Origin: an uncultured virus (IMG/VR IMGVR_UViG_2061766007_000921)
Taxonomy: Duplodnaviria; Heunggongvirae; Uroviricota; Caudoviricetes
IMG/VR virus record: IMGVR_UViG_2061766007_000921
Direction: 5' to 3' (one strand)
DNA length: 24,199 nt
Shown here: positions 24,101 to 24,199 of the stretch, one piece after another
Position numbering within the stretch: position 1 is the stretch's first letter
How the letters are laid out: every line of letters begins with the position of its first letter
The notes under the pieces: generated by a model
Told to the model about the DNA's origin: nothing
The model's database searches: none
What the model saw: only the letters and a program-made list of their open reading frames with translations
Translations under genes and position numbers: made by a program

Positions 24101-24199
24101 ATATTTTTTCTTAGCAAAAACTTGTTCATTTTCAACAACCATTCTTATATCATCCTCAGGTTGTGCTGCAATATATTCTGAATATTTTACAAAACAATT
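24101..24199. repeat. 99-bp copy of 22641-22739 beyond the N gap, probably an assembly artefact
   Basis: Identical except g22689 vs a24149, a synonymous GAC/GAT change. Confidence 0.85.

Noticed and set aside
24087..24199. 99-bp repeat of 22641-22739 as a real duplication or DGR template/variable pair
   Set aside because: It lies right after an N gap at the sequence end and differs by one central synonymous SNP, typical of a strain-variant bubble. No reverse transcriptase or multiple adenine-specific changes.

Overview
AT-rich segment of a large T4-like (jumbo/mega) phage genome, probably infecting Bacteroidota. Evidence: three exact TTTG-N19-TATATTTG promoters, a gp55-like late sigma factor and a T4 beta-glucosyltransferase homologue. 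Standard genetic code fits all genes. Left to right: (1) a minus-strand tRNA operon with Arg-ACG, Ile-GAT, Lys-TTT and Tyr-GTA tRNAs, three non-canonical tRNA-like RNAs, an HNH endonuclease and boxA-like repeats, headed by what looks like a complete leader-peptide attenuator enriched in codons read by those tRNAs; (2) four tandem genes sharing a ~30-aa N-terminal leader fused to unrelated cargo domains; (3) a large TerD-domain protein with an upstream structured RNA; (4) a DNA/glycan modification region (two SAM methyltransferases, BGT-like transferase, C5 cytosine methyltransferase, TupA ATP-grasp, GT11, tandem GT2-like, RmlA); (5) gp55, a holin-like membrane protein and a large acidic protein cut by an assembly gap. 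All family assignments come from recalled motifs, not database searches.
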